Source of the DNA: Candidatus Wukongarchaeum yapensis
GTDB lineage: Archaea > Asgardarchaeota > Wukongarchaeia > Wukongarchaeales > Wukongarchaeaceae
Assembly (NCBI GenBank): GCA_016840425.1
Contig: JAEOSI010000048.1
Coordinates: forward strand, 1-11,816
Direction: 5' to 3'
DNA: 11,816 nt
Part shown: one piece after another, positions 1-7,426 of the stretch
Layout of the letters: every line of letters begins with the position of its first letter
Numbering within the stretch: position 1 is the first letter of the stretch
Notes under the pieces: model-generated
Told to the model about the DNA's origin: nothing
Seen by the model: the letters and a program-made list of their open reading frames with translations, nothing else
The model's database searches: none
Program-made: the position numbers and the translations under genes

Positions 1-25
1 ATCCTTATACGGAAAAAGAGGCGGG

Positions 26-62
26 GTAAAACCTATTGGTTAAACCTATTGTAAAACCTGTT
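26..62 (+). repeat. Three imperfect 12-13 bp direct repeats
   Basis: GTAAAACCTATTG (26-38), GTTAAACCTATTG (39-51), GTAAAACCTGTT (51-62), read directly. Confidence 0.75.
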
Positions 63-90
63 TTTGATTTTTTTAATTTTTTTAAAAAAA

Positions 91-127
91 CTCGGTAGCG
101 GATATGAGTCCGAAAGGACTTACTGAG
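91..127 (+). other. GNRA-capped bulged RNA hairpin followed by a T-rich tract (terminator-like or small structured RNA)
   Basis: CTCGGTA (91-97) pairs with TACTGAG (121-127, one G-U). AGTCC (107-111) pairs with GGACT (116-120) around a GAAA loop. 9-nt 5' bulge. T-rich run from about 130 to 150. Confidence 0.5.
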
Positions 128-220
128 CGTTTCTTTTCTTGTTTTTTATTTATCGCTAATTTTAAGTAATATGTTTTCGATAACTTATTAAAAATAATCG
201 ATAACAAATAAGTGATAAAT

Positions 221-649
221 TTGGGAAGAAAATCAAAGGTATCAATAGAAGAAGTCGCCAAGCTATGGGATCAGGGATTAAGTGAAAGACAAATTGCCAA
301 AAAATGCAATATATCGCAACCAGCAGTTCACAGGAAACTAAAAAAAGCTGAAAAAAAAGGTTTACTCTTACGCATACTGATAAACCCAAAAGCTATTGGC
401 AAAACAACAAAAGTTATCGACAAAAAACAAAAAACCACTGATATAAAAGTTATTGGGAACATATCAATGAAACTCGAACAGCTACTAGAAGGTGAAATCC
501 CCTCAAAAAACGGTAAAAACGGAGAAACAGTTGAAGGTTTGAAACAACTGCAAAAAAAAGGATTAAAAGTGACCACAGGCCATGTTGAACTTTTGGAAGG
601 CATTATTAAAAAACTGAAAAAACTCATAGAAAAGGAGATCGAAGCTTGA
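221..649 (+). CDS. N-terminal helix-turn-helix DNA-binding protein (resolvase/Hin-like HTH)
   Basis: GRKSKVSIEEVAKLWDQGLSERQIAKKCNISQPAVHRKLKK is a typical HTH pattern. ORF track start is GTG 212; I prefer TTG 221, preceded by SD-like AGTGA (211-215). Confidence 0.75.
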   Translation: MGRKSKVSIEEVAKLWDQGLSERQIAKKCNISQPAVHRKLKKAEKKGLLLRILINPKAIGKTTKVIDKKQKTTDIKVIGNISMKLEQLLEGEIPSKNGKNGETVEGLKQLQKKGLKVTTGHVELLEGIIKKLKKLIEKEIEA

Positions 650-1008
650 AAAAAATTAAGATATCGATAACTTTAACCGGTGATGAAGCGCGTATTTTCG
701 AAGAAATAGCAAAACGAAAGTTTGGAGAACATAGCTGGCGTAACTCCAAACTGCTCAGACTGGGCGCTTACGCGATATTGGCCTGTGAAGGCAACGTAAG
801 GTTTGTGAAACCCCAAAAAACTGCGAGAACTTTTAAAGCTACAAAAATCGAAGTTGTTGAAACACCTATAGAGCAAAAACCCCCAACAAATCCAATAGCT
901 TTAGGTGATCCAACAGTTTTAGAGTTAAAAAACGAACTTTTAACAGGAGATTCTGAAGGCGCAAAGATGTTTCAGAGAATAAAAACTAAGTTAAGGGAAA
1001 CGCTTTAG
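646..1008 (+). CDS. Probable ribbon-helix-helix (CopG/Arc-like) DNA-binding protein with C-terminal extension
   Basis: Alternating beta strand KIKISITL, helix TGDEARIFEEIAKRKF, turn G, helix RNSKLLRLGAYAIL. TTG start overlaps the upstream TGA (TTGA). SD AAGGAG at 632-637. Confidence 0.6.
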   Translation: MKKIKISITLTGDEARIFEEIAKRKFGEHSWRNSKLLRLGAYAILACEGNVRFVKPQKTARTFKATKIEVVETPIEQKPPTNPIALGDPTVLELKNELLTGDSEGAKMFQRIKTKLRETL

Positions 1009-1020
1009 AACCAGACACGT

Positions 1021-1057
1021 AGGGACATGACCGATTCACCATTATGTCTCTTCTTTT
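1021..1057 (+). terminator. Stem-loop followed by a T-rich run downstream of the HTH-RHH pair
   Basis: AGGGACATGA (1021-1030) pairs with TTATGTCTCT (1042-1051) as 10 bp including two G-U, 11-nt loop, then TCTTTT. Confidence 0.4.
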
Positions 1058-1075
1058 ACGGGAATAAATTGGCTA

Positions 1076-1443
1076 ATGGTCATACAAGGAGAAAGTTATT
1101 CCCTATACGAATACTGCGTAGAAAGAATTGAAGAAGAAGAAGAAGAACCAGAAACAGAACTAATGGCAGTAGGATCTCTAGCCTCAAGAAAAAGAATAGA
1201 AGAAGATTACAAGATCATACACTTGGCACGACAAAACTTCCAAAAACTACACGGTTTCGGAGTAGACTAGACTTCATACCAGTAAATAACAACTTTTACT
1301 GTCCCTCCTGCAATCTACCGTTATTCGATAATGAAAATGATGCTACAAACTTTTTGGAAAAAAATGAATTGTCTGAAAGCAGCTATTTCTACCTTTTCCT
1401 TTTTCAAATTAAAAACATAAAACTTAACTTTAAACGGGAATGA
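1076..1443 (+). pseudogene. Small acidic CxxC (CPSC) protein gene interrupted by a 5-bp tandem duplication
   Basis: TAGACTAGAC at 1263-1272. Removing one copy joins the 64-aa ORF to a start-less downstream frame (FIPVNNNFYCPSCNLPLFDNENDATNFLEKN...KRE*), giving 120 aa ending at TGA 1441-1443. Confidence 0.6.
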
Positions 1444-1733
1444 AGATCCCCTTTTTTCCTCTTTTCTATGTTTTTCCTTTTATAGGGATGTTTTTAAATC
1501 GTTCTCCATCACAAGATAGAAAGAAAAGATATGTGGAGGGGAAAACTATGAGTTTTCAAAAACTTGACTCGAGTGAATACTTCGATCTAAAACTAAAAAA
1601 AGAAACAAAAGAAATAGAAGAAAAGAAGTTTTTCAAGGCAGGGATGCTGAAGTTAAGTGTTTTTTGGAGAAGGTTTAATTGTATGAGTATGACTCATTTT
1701 ATTTCCTGTTTTTTATATCGTTTTTATGTATGA
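1440..1733 (+). CDS. Hypothetical protein
   Basis: Open frame; ATG 1440 overlaps the TGA of the reconstructed upstream gene (ATGA). An alternative ATG at 1548 has SD GGAGGGG (1535-1541). No recognisable motif. Confidence 0.3.
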   Translation: MKIPFFPLFYVFPFIGMFLNRSPSQDRKKRYVEGKTMSFQKLDSSEYFDLKLKKETKEIEEKKFFKAGMLKLSVFWRRFNCMSMTHFISCFLYRFYV

Positions 1734-1748
1734 GAGTAAATAGTTAAG

Positions 1749-1755
1749 TTTATAA
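1749..1755 (+). promoter_or_regulatory. Candidate TATA box for the thermosome pair
   Basis: TTTATAA about 115 nt upstream of the ATG at 1870, with purine-rich sequence upstream (GAGAGTAAATAG). Confidence 0.35.
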
Positions 1756-1855
1756 CCACCATCTACATACGCTTCATATAAATTAAGGCAAAATTATTTG
1801 TTAAAATCCAAGAGTGGAAAAAGCTTAGACTTTCTAAAAAAAACAGGAAAAAATT

Positions 1856-1862
1856 GAGGTGA
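1856..1862 (+). promoter_or_regulatory. Shine-Dalgarno site GAGGTGA
   Basis: Archaeal-type SD 7 nt before ATG 1870. Confidence 0.85.
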
Positions 1863-1869
1863 AAAAATT

Positions 1870-3519
1870 ATGACGCAATTAGGCGGAGTACCCGTATTAG
1901 TACTAAGAGAAGGAGCTACTAGAACAAGAGGCAGAGATGCTCTTAATAGCAATATTATGGCTAGTAAGGTTATAGAAGAATCAATAAAAAGCTCTCTAGG
2001 CCCGATGGGCATGGATAAGATGCTTGTAAGCACTTTCGGCGATGTAGTAGTGACAAACGATGGCGCAACTATATTGAAAGAGATCGATGTTCAACACCCA
2101 GCGGCTAAATTCATAGTAGAACTGGCGAAAGTACAAGACCAAGAAACCGGGGATGGCACCACAACAGTAGTCATTATCGCAGGTGAGTTATTGAGAGCCG
2201 CTGAAGAACTTTTAGGCCTAGACATCCACCCTACGGTAATCACAGACGGCTATCGGAAAGCTGCAGAAAAAGCTTTGAAAATTTTAGACGAAATTTCAAA
2301 ACCTGTAGCATACGAAGACGATGAGATGATGAAAAAGGTTTCAATGACAGCGCTCGCGAGTAAAATGGTTGCTGAAAACCGCGAATACTTGACAGAGCTC
2401 GCGCTAAAAGCTGTGAAATCGGTGGTAGAGGAGAAAGACGGAAAACTTGTAGTAGATATTGACGACATTAAAACAGAGAAAAAGATGGGAGAAGGTGTAG
2501 AAGATACCAAGCTAGTAAGCGGGGTGGTCCTCGATAAAGAATGGGTTCATCCACGCATGTCGAAGAAAGTAGTAGATGCAAAAATAGCCCTGATTGATGC
2601 GGCGTTAGAAGTGAAGAAGACAGAGATAACTGCAAAAATAAACATAACCGACCCAGATCAGATTAAGGCTTTCATGGATGAAGAAGAATCAATGATAAAA
2701 GCGATGGTTGACAAAGTGGTCGAGACTGGGGCAAACGTCTTAGTATGCCAGAAAGGAATTGACGATGTTGCACAGCATTTTCTAGCTAAATCGGGAGTGG
2801 CTGCGGTTAGACGTGTTAAGAGGAGTGATATGGACAAACTTTCGAAGGCTACAGGAGGAAAAATCGTAAACAGTGTCGAAGAGCTTACAGCTGAAGATTT
2901 TGGAAAAGCAGGAGTTGTCGAAGAAAGGAAGGTTGGCGAAGAGAAAATGATCTTCGTAGAGGAATGCGCTAACCCGAAGTCGGTGAGTTTACTAATAAGG
3001 GGGGGTACGGATCTCGTGGTTGATGAGGTGCAACGTGGACTTCATGATGCTCTCTGTGTTATCCGGAATGTTATTCAGGAAGGGAAAGTTGTTTCAGGCG
3101 GTGGAGCCCCTGAAATGGAGCTTTCAAGAAGAATTAGAAGATATGCTGACACTTTAATCGGTAGAGAACAGTTGGCAGTGAGAGCTTTCGCTGAAGCTTT
3201 AGAAATTGTTCCGAGAACTCTAGCCGAGAACGCCGGTCTAGATCCGACAGATATAACCGTCGAACTAAGGGCGGCTCACGATGAAGGAAAATCAGACTGG
3301 GGAGTAGATGTAATGAACGGTAAAGCTTCAGATATGACAGCGTTAAACGTTTGGGAACCAGTAATAGTCAAAAAACACGCGATCAAAAGTGCTAACGAAG
3401 CAGCTGTGATGATACTTCGGATAGACGACGTAATTGCTACTAAAGAGATTGAAAGAGGAGGCGGCGGAGTTCCAGGCGGAGAAGAAGAAGAGGGACCCAT
3501 GGATATGGGTATGGATTGA
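1870..3519 (+). CDS. ths: Thermosome (group II chaperonin) subunit, paralog 1
   Basis: [47 protein letters not shown] motifs. 549 aa; acidic/Gly-Met tail GGGGVPGGEEEEGPMDMGMD. Alpha versus beta cannot be assigned by eye. Confidence 0.98.
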   Translation: MTQLGGVPVLVLREGATRTRGRDALNSNIMASKVIEESIKSSLGPMGMDKMLVSTFGDVVVTNDGATILKEIDVQHPAAKFIVELAKVQDQETGDGTTTVVIIAGELLRAAEELLGLDIHPTVITDGYRKAAEKALKILDEISKPVAYEDDEMMKKVSMTALASKMVAENREYLTELALKAVKSVVEEKDGKLVVDIDDIKTEKKMGEGVEDTKLVSGVVLDKEWVHPRMSKKVVDAKIALIDAALEVKKTEITAKINITDPDQIKAFMDEEESMIKAMVDKVVETGANVLVCQKGIDDVAQHFLAKSGVAAVRRVKRSDMDKLSKATGGKIVNSVEELTAEDFGKAGVVEERKVGEEKMIFVEECANPKSVSLLIRGGTDLVVDEVQRGLHDALCVIRNVIQEGKVVSGGGAPEMELSRRIRRYADTLIGREQLAVRAFAEALEIVPRTLAENAGLDPTDITVELRAAHDEGKSDWGVDVMNGKASDMTALNVWEPVIVKKHAIKSANEAAVMILRIDDVIATKEIERGGGGVPGGEEEEGPMDMGMD

Positions 3520-3556
3520 AAATAGAGGTTGAAACTCGGAAAATTAAGAAAAAATA

Positions 3557-3563
3557 GAGGTGA
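3557..3563 (+). promoter_or_regulatory. Shine-Dalgarno site GAGGTGA
   Basis: SD 6 nt before ATG 3570. Confidence 0.85.
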
Positions 3564-3569
3564 GAAATT

Positions 3570-5213
3570 ATGACAAGTCAATTAGGAGGAGTTCCTGTAT
3601 TAATATTAAAGGAAGGAACCGGTCGGACAAGGGGTAAGGACGCGGTTGGCGCCAATATTATGGCAGCGCGCGTCGTGGCAGAGGCTGTAAGAACTGCCCT
3701 TGGACCCAGAGGTTTAGATAAGATGATGGTTGACAGTCTTGGAGATGTTAGTATAACGAACGACGGAGCAACTATTTTAGACAAAATGGACGTTCAACAT
3801 CCAGCGGCTAAGATGATGGTCCAAGTAGCGAAGACTCAGGACCAGGAGGTCGGTGATGGTACTACTACGGCTGTCGTGCTTGCAGGTGAGCTTCTAAGAA
3901 AGGCTGAAGAGCTACTGGACAAGCAGATTCACCCATCTATACTTGTTTCGGGATATAAGAGGCTTGAAAAGAAGTGTGACGAGTTGCTCGAACAAGTATC
4001 GATCAAAATCGATTCAGAAGACGTGGAAACAATGAAAAAGGCGGTGATGACCTCTTTAAACAGCAAGTCTGTTTCAGGTGTTAAAGAGTATTTTGGAGAG
4101 CTGTCTGTAAAAGCTATTAAAACCATAGTCGAAGAAAAGGACGGTAGGCTGGAAGCGGACATTGACAAGGTGAGCATTATCAAAAAGCAAGGTAAAGGAC
4201 TTGACGAAACGGAATTGGTGGACGGGATCATTTTAGACAAGGAAGTTGTTCACCCAGGGATGCCTAAGTTGGTGAAAAATGCGAAGGTTGCTTTGATTTC
4301 AGGAAACGTAGAAATTGAGAAAACTGAGTTTGATGCTGAAATTCGCATATCTTCTCCTGATCAAATGAAGGCGTTTATGGATGAAGAACGCCATTTAATC
4401 CAGGAGATGGTGGATAAAATAATAAACACGGGGGCAACCGTAGTTATTGTCCAGAAAGGAATTGATGATATCGCACAGCACGCCATGGCCAAAGCAGGTA
4501 TACTAGCAGTTAGAAGGGTAAAGAAGAGCGACATAGAAAAAATGGAAAAAGCTACCGGGGCTACAATAGTCTCAAGTATAAACGATTTGGGTCCTGAAAA
4601 TATCGGTACAGCGAACCACGTTGAAGAGGTAAAGATCGGTGAGGATAAGCTTGTTTTCGTTAGGGAATGTCCTCATGCAAAAGCTGTAAGTATATTAATC
4701 CGAGGTGGCGCTCAACACATAATAGATGAAGCTGAACGCTCCATACACGATGCTCTCTCCGTGGCAAGAGATATTTTAGAAGATGGGTATGCTGTGGCAG
4801 GCGGTGGCGCTTCATTCATCGAGCTTTCCCAGAAACTGATGAGTTATGCTGAGGGCATTAAAGGCAAAGAACAGCTTGCTATGATGGCTTTTGCTGAGGC
4901 TTTAGAGGTTATTCCGAAAACTCTGGCCGAAAACGCTGGTCTTGACCCTATAGACATTCTCGCAGAACTTAGGGCAAAACATGAGGAAGGCGGTAAAACT
5001 TATGGAATAGACGTTTTAAGCGCTAAAGTAAGAGATATGGCCGAGATAGGAGTGCTGGAACCGCTCCGCATAGTTAAACAAGCTGTCAAAAGTGCTACTG
5101 AAGCCGCAGTAATGATATTGAGGATTGACGACATCATTGCAGCAAAACATGGTGAGGCAGGAGCACCGCCAGGAGGAAGACCGCCCATTCACGGGCCGCC
5201 AGGCATATACTAA
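3570..5213 (+). CDS. ths: Thermosome (group II chaperonin) subunit, paralog 2
   Basis: [47 protein letters not shown] motifs. 547 aa; Pro/Gly tail [20 protein letters not shown]. Confidence 0.98.
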   Translation: MTSQLGGVPVLILKEGTGRTRGKDAVGANIMAARVVAEAVRTALGPRGLDKMMVDSLGDVSITNDGATILDKMDVQHPAAKMMVQVAKTQDQEVGDGTTTAVVLAGELLRKAEELLDKQIHPSILVSGYKRLEKKCDELLEQVSIKIDSEDVETMKKAVMTSLNSKSVSGVKEYFGELSVKAIKTIVEEKDGRLEADIDKVSIIKKQGKGLDETELVDGIILDKEVVHPGMPKLVKNAKVALISGNVEIEKTEFDAEIRISSPDQMKAFMDEERHLIQEMVDKIINTGATVVIVQKGIDDIAQHAMAKAGILAVRRVKKSDIEKMEKATGATIVSSINDLGPENIGTANHVEEVKIGEDKLVFVRECPHAKAVSILIRGGAQHIIDEAERSIHDALSVARDILEDGYAVAGGGASFIELSQKLMSYAEGIKGKEQLAMMAFAEALEVIPKTLAENAGLDPIDILAELRAKHEEGGKTYGIDVLSAKVRDMAEIGVLEPLRIVKQAVKSATEAAVMILRIDDIIAAKHGEAGAPPGGRPPIHGPPGIY

Positions 5214-5267
5214 GAAAAAACCGGTCTAAAAATAGAAATAGGGAAGATCGACTTTAAGTCTTCAAAT

Positions 5268-5300
5268 ATTTTTATTTTTTCTTTTTTTTTGTTTTTGTAA
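5268..5300 (+). terminator. Oligo-T terminator region of the thermosome operon
   Basis: Consecutive T runs starting about 55 nt after the TAA at 5213, as expected for archaeal intrinsic termination. Confidence 0.55.
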
Positions 5301-5581
5301 TTTTTTCTGTTTGATATACTCTTTGTAATTATTTGGTTTTTATTTCGTTATATACTATGTTTTAGTCGTTTTAGTCTCTGTAAAACCTGTTGAATGTCCG
5401 TGTCGATTAATTTTTTCTAAATTTTTTCATGTTTTTTTTTCTAAGGCGCGGATGTGGTGTTTTTTTTGATAAAGAAATACTAAAATAGTTTGAGATTATT
5501 ATATTTTTCAGTTTAATGGGTTTATCTTTTTGTAGTGGAACATAGGTTTTAATTGGTTTTTTGTTTTGGGTGGTTAGTATC

Positions 5582-6082
5582 TTGGAGCATCCTGATAGTC
5601 CTTTTAGGCGCGTTGTTTCGGGGTTGTGGAAGTCTTTGATGAGGGTTAACGATCATTTACCGCGTGTTAAAAAAACGTTAAAACAGCTGCTTGCAGAAAG
5701 TGATCCTCAATGTATTGCAAAGGACGGGACTACAATCGGCTTTGAGAGAAAAGACTTAGAGTTTTTGGGAGAATTTATACCAAAAGAGTATCATGATAAG
5801 ATAAAGTTGCCTATCGTTTTGGTGAGTCGGGTTGATTTGGGAAGGGGTACGTATTCTATAATAGGAAATAAGCTTGAAAAATTTGTTATAAATAAAATTT
5901 TAGGGCGTACGGATAAAGATTTTGATTTTTGGGCAGATGCTGAACTTAATGAGTTTCTTAATCGGGCGGAGGTTTTTGAGCTTCGCCATAAGATGAGAAG
6001 TACAACGATCTTAGGTTTTTCAGCTGAAGCTCCTATAACATCACCCGATACTCCTGGTTTTACGTCTAGGAGGACCTTGTGA
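5582..6082 (+). CDS. DUF61 (UPF0216) family protein
   Basis: NDHLPRVKKTLKQLL, KDGT..F...LEFL, IKLPIVL and GRGTY match my recollection of DUF61. ORF track start 5561; TTG 5582 has SD GGGTGG (5568-5573). Confidence 0.8.
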   Translation: MEHPDSPFRRVVSGLWKSLMRVNDHLPRVKKTLKQLLAESDPQCIAKDGTTIGFERKDLEFLGEFIPKEYHDKIKLPIVLVSRVDLGRGTYSIIGNKLEKFVINKILGRTDKDFDFWADAELNEFLNRAEVFELRHKMRSTTILGFSAEAPITSPDTPGFTSRRTL

Positions 6083-6137
6083 AAATAAAGATGGGGGAAG
6101 AGTTAGGGGGAACATTAGTAGAGAGATAATGGTTTCT

Positions 6138-6806
6138 TTATTTTTTGCTAAATTTTTTTATTTTTGTTTGTTGGGTTTCTTTTTTGATGCGTTGGGCGGT
6201 TTTCCAGGTTTTTCTCACGAAAAGAGGGTATTTTCCTTCTTTTTCTATTGTTTTTTTTAGGAAGTTGATGGTTAGGGGGTCGTTTGGGTATCCGCTTCCT
6301 ATTTCCCCGTGTTTTTCGCGGAGTTTTTCTATTTGGTTGTCTCGTTCGACTTTTGCGATTATTGAAGCGGCAGCTACGGGGATATATTTTGTATCTGCTT
6401 TGTGTTCGCACAAAAGTTTTGCTTTTGAAGGTATATAGGGGGCAAGTCTCTTTTGGAATCTTCTAGGGTTTACGTCTGCGGCATCTGCGATGTAAAGATC
6501 AGCTTTTTTCTTGGTTTTTTTAATAAGTTCGCCCATGGAGTTAACGACGATTTTGTTCATGTTTATGCCTTCTGTTCGCATTTTATCGATTTCGTCAGCG
6601 GGTATCATTAAATATTTTTCTTCTAGAGCTGTCTCTTTAATTATTCGGGTTAGATGTTTTCTTTTTTTGGGGCTCAAAAGTTTGCTGTCCTTTATGCCAG
6701 TTCGTTCTAATTCTTTTTCTCCCCCTTCTTCTAAAATGACTATGGCGATGCACATGGGCCCGATAACTGGTCCTTTTCCGCTTTCATCAATGCCTGCAAT
6801 AATCAT
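6138..6806 (-). CDS. rnhB: Ribonuclease HII
   Basis: GIDESGKGPVIGPM, GIKDSKLL, IADAADV, HKADTKY, AAASIIAKV, GSGYPND. C-terminal PIP-like QTKIKKF. SD AAGGAG. Confidence 0.97.
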   Translation of the reverse strand: MIIAGIDESGKGPVIGPMCIAIVILEEGGEKELERTGIKDSKLLSPKKRKHLTRIIKETALEEKYLMIPADEIDKMRTEGINMNKIVVNSMGELIKKTKKKADLYIADAADVNPRRFQKRLAPYIPSKAKLLCEHKADTKYIPVAAASIIAKVERDNQIEKLREKHGEIGSGYPNDPLTINFLKKTIEKEGKYPLFVRKTWKTAQRIKKETQQTKIKKFSKK

Positions 6807-6818
6807 GTTTATTACTCC

Positions 6819-7382
6819 TTAATAATCAAGGCCGTATATCATTTTTAGGTGGGAGAAAAATTGATCTAATTTTTGTGGTTGGTTTAAAACGATTATAGTG
6901 ATGTCTGGTCGTGTTTTTATTTTTTTAGCGAAATGATGTATAAGATTTTTCCCGATTGTTCCTAATACTGGTTTGTTTGAGTTTAGGGCTTCTTTAACTG
7001 TTTCCTGGAAGGGTTGGGAGAAAAGTTCCATTTTTCCTATTTCGTCGATTATGACGATGTTTGCTGTTTTTATAGCGTTTTTGATAGCTTCTACCCCTAT
7101 CTCTTCTATCGCTTTGGTATCGACACCGTATTTGCCAACTCGGTTTTTTGTTTTTAGTTTTACGCTTGCCATAATTGCTTGTTTGCCGGTAAGAATATCT
7201 TCGATAGCAAATCCTACCCTTACACTTCTCTCCCGTATTTCTGGGGTGAAGATACCCCCAACATTGAATCCTTTAGAAATGCAAAAGTCTACAAATTTTT
7301 TAATAAGGGTTGTTTTACCCGTTCTGGGAGGTCCTGTGATTAATACGTTCTTTTTTTCTAGGTTGTTGTGTGTTTCTGACAC
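6819..7382 (-). CDS. THEP1/NTPCR-type nucleoside triphosphatase (UPF0334)
   Basis: Walker A GPPRTGKT, VGGIFTPEIR...RVGF, RVGKYGV, Walker B IVIIDEIGKMEL. GTG start. Confidence 0.92.
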   Translation of the reverse strand: MSETHNNLEKKNVLITGPPRTGKTTLIKKFVDFCISKGFNVGGIFTPEIRERSVRVGFAIEDILTGKQAIMASVKLKTKNRVGKYGVDTKAIEEIGVEAIKNAIKTANIVIIDEIGKMELFSQPFQETVKEALNSNKPVLGTIGKNLIHHFAKKIKTRPDITIIVLNQPQKLDQFFSHLKMIYGLDY

Positions 7383-7426
7383 CTATAAAAAACTCCGTTT
7401 AACTTTTTCCCGTTTTAGCTGTTTTT

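Larger units (their letters stand above)
1..1733. mobile_element. Possible edge or remnant of an integrated plasmid/virus-like element (boundaries not resolved)
   Basis: Only small orphan-like ORFs (HTH, RHH, broken CxxC gene), plus direct repeats, an AT tract and a hairpin at the left end, next to housekeeping genes. No integrase, transposase, tRNA or att site is visible in the window. Confidence 0.35.

Noticed and set aside
98-124. Hammerhead ribozyme (ATGAGTCCGAAAGGAC resembles the core plus stem II)
   Set aside because: The invariant CUGA of CUGAUGA is replaced by GAUA, and GAAA after stem II is replaced by UUAC, so the catalytic core is absent.
91-127. SECIS element or kink-turn (AUGA ... 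UGA)
   Set aside because: The GA does not directly follow the 3' side of the helix, the helix is only 4-5 bp, and no in-frame UGA selenoprotein is visible in the window.
5380-5391. Exact 12-bp copy (GTAAAACCTGTT) of the third left-end repeat, as a possible element boundary
   Set aside because: A few 12-mer coincidences are expected in 11.8 kb of AT-rich DNA, and the flanks do not match.
5214-5560. Hidden minus-strand gene in the T-skewed spacer (fragment KKLIDTDIQQVLQRLKRLKHSI; GTTTTAGTC x2 at 5359-5376)
   Set aside because: The frames are short and interrupted by stops, with no start/SD combination or motif to support a gene.
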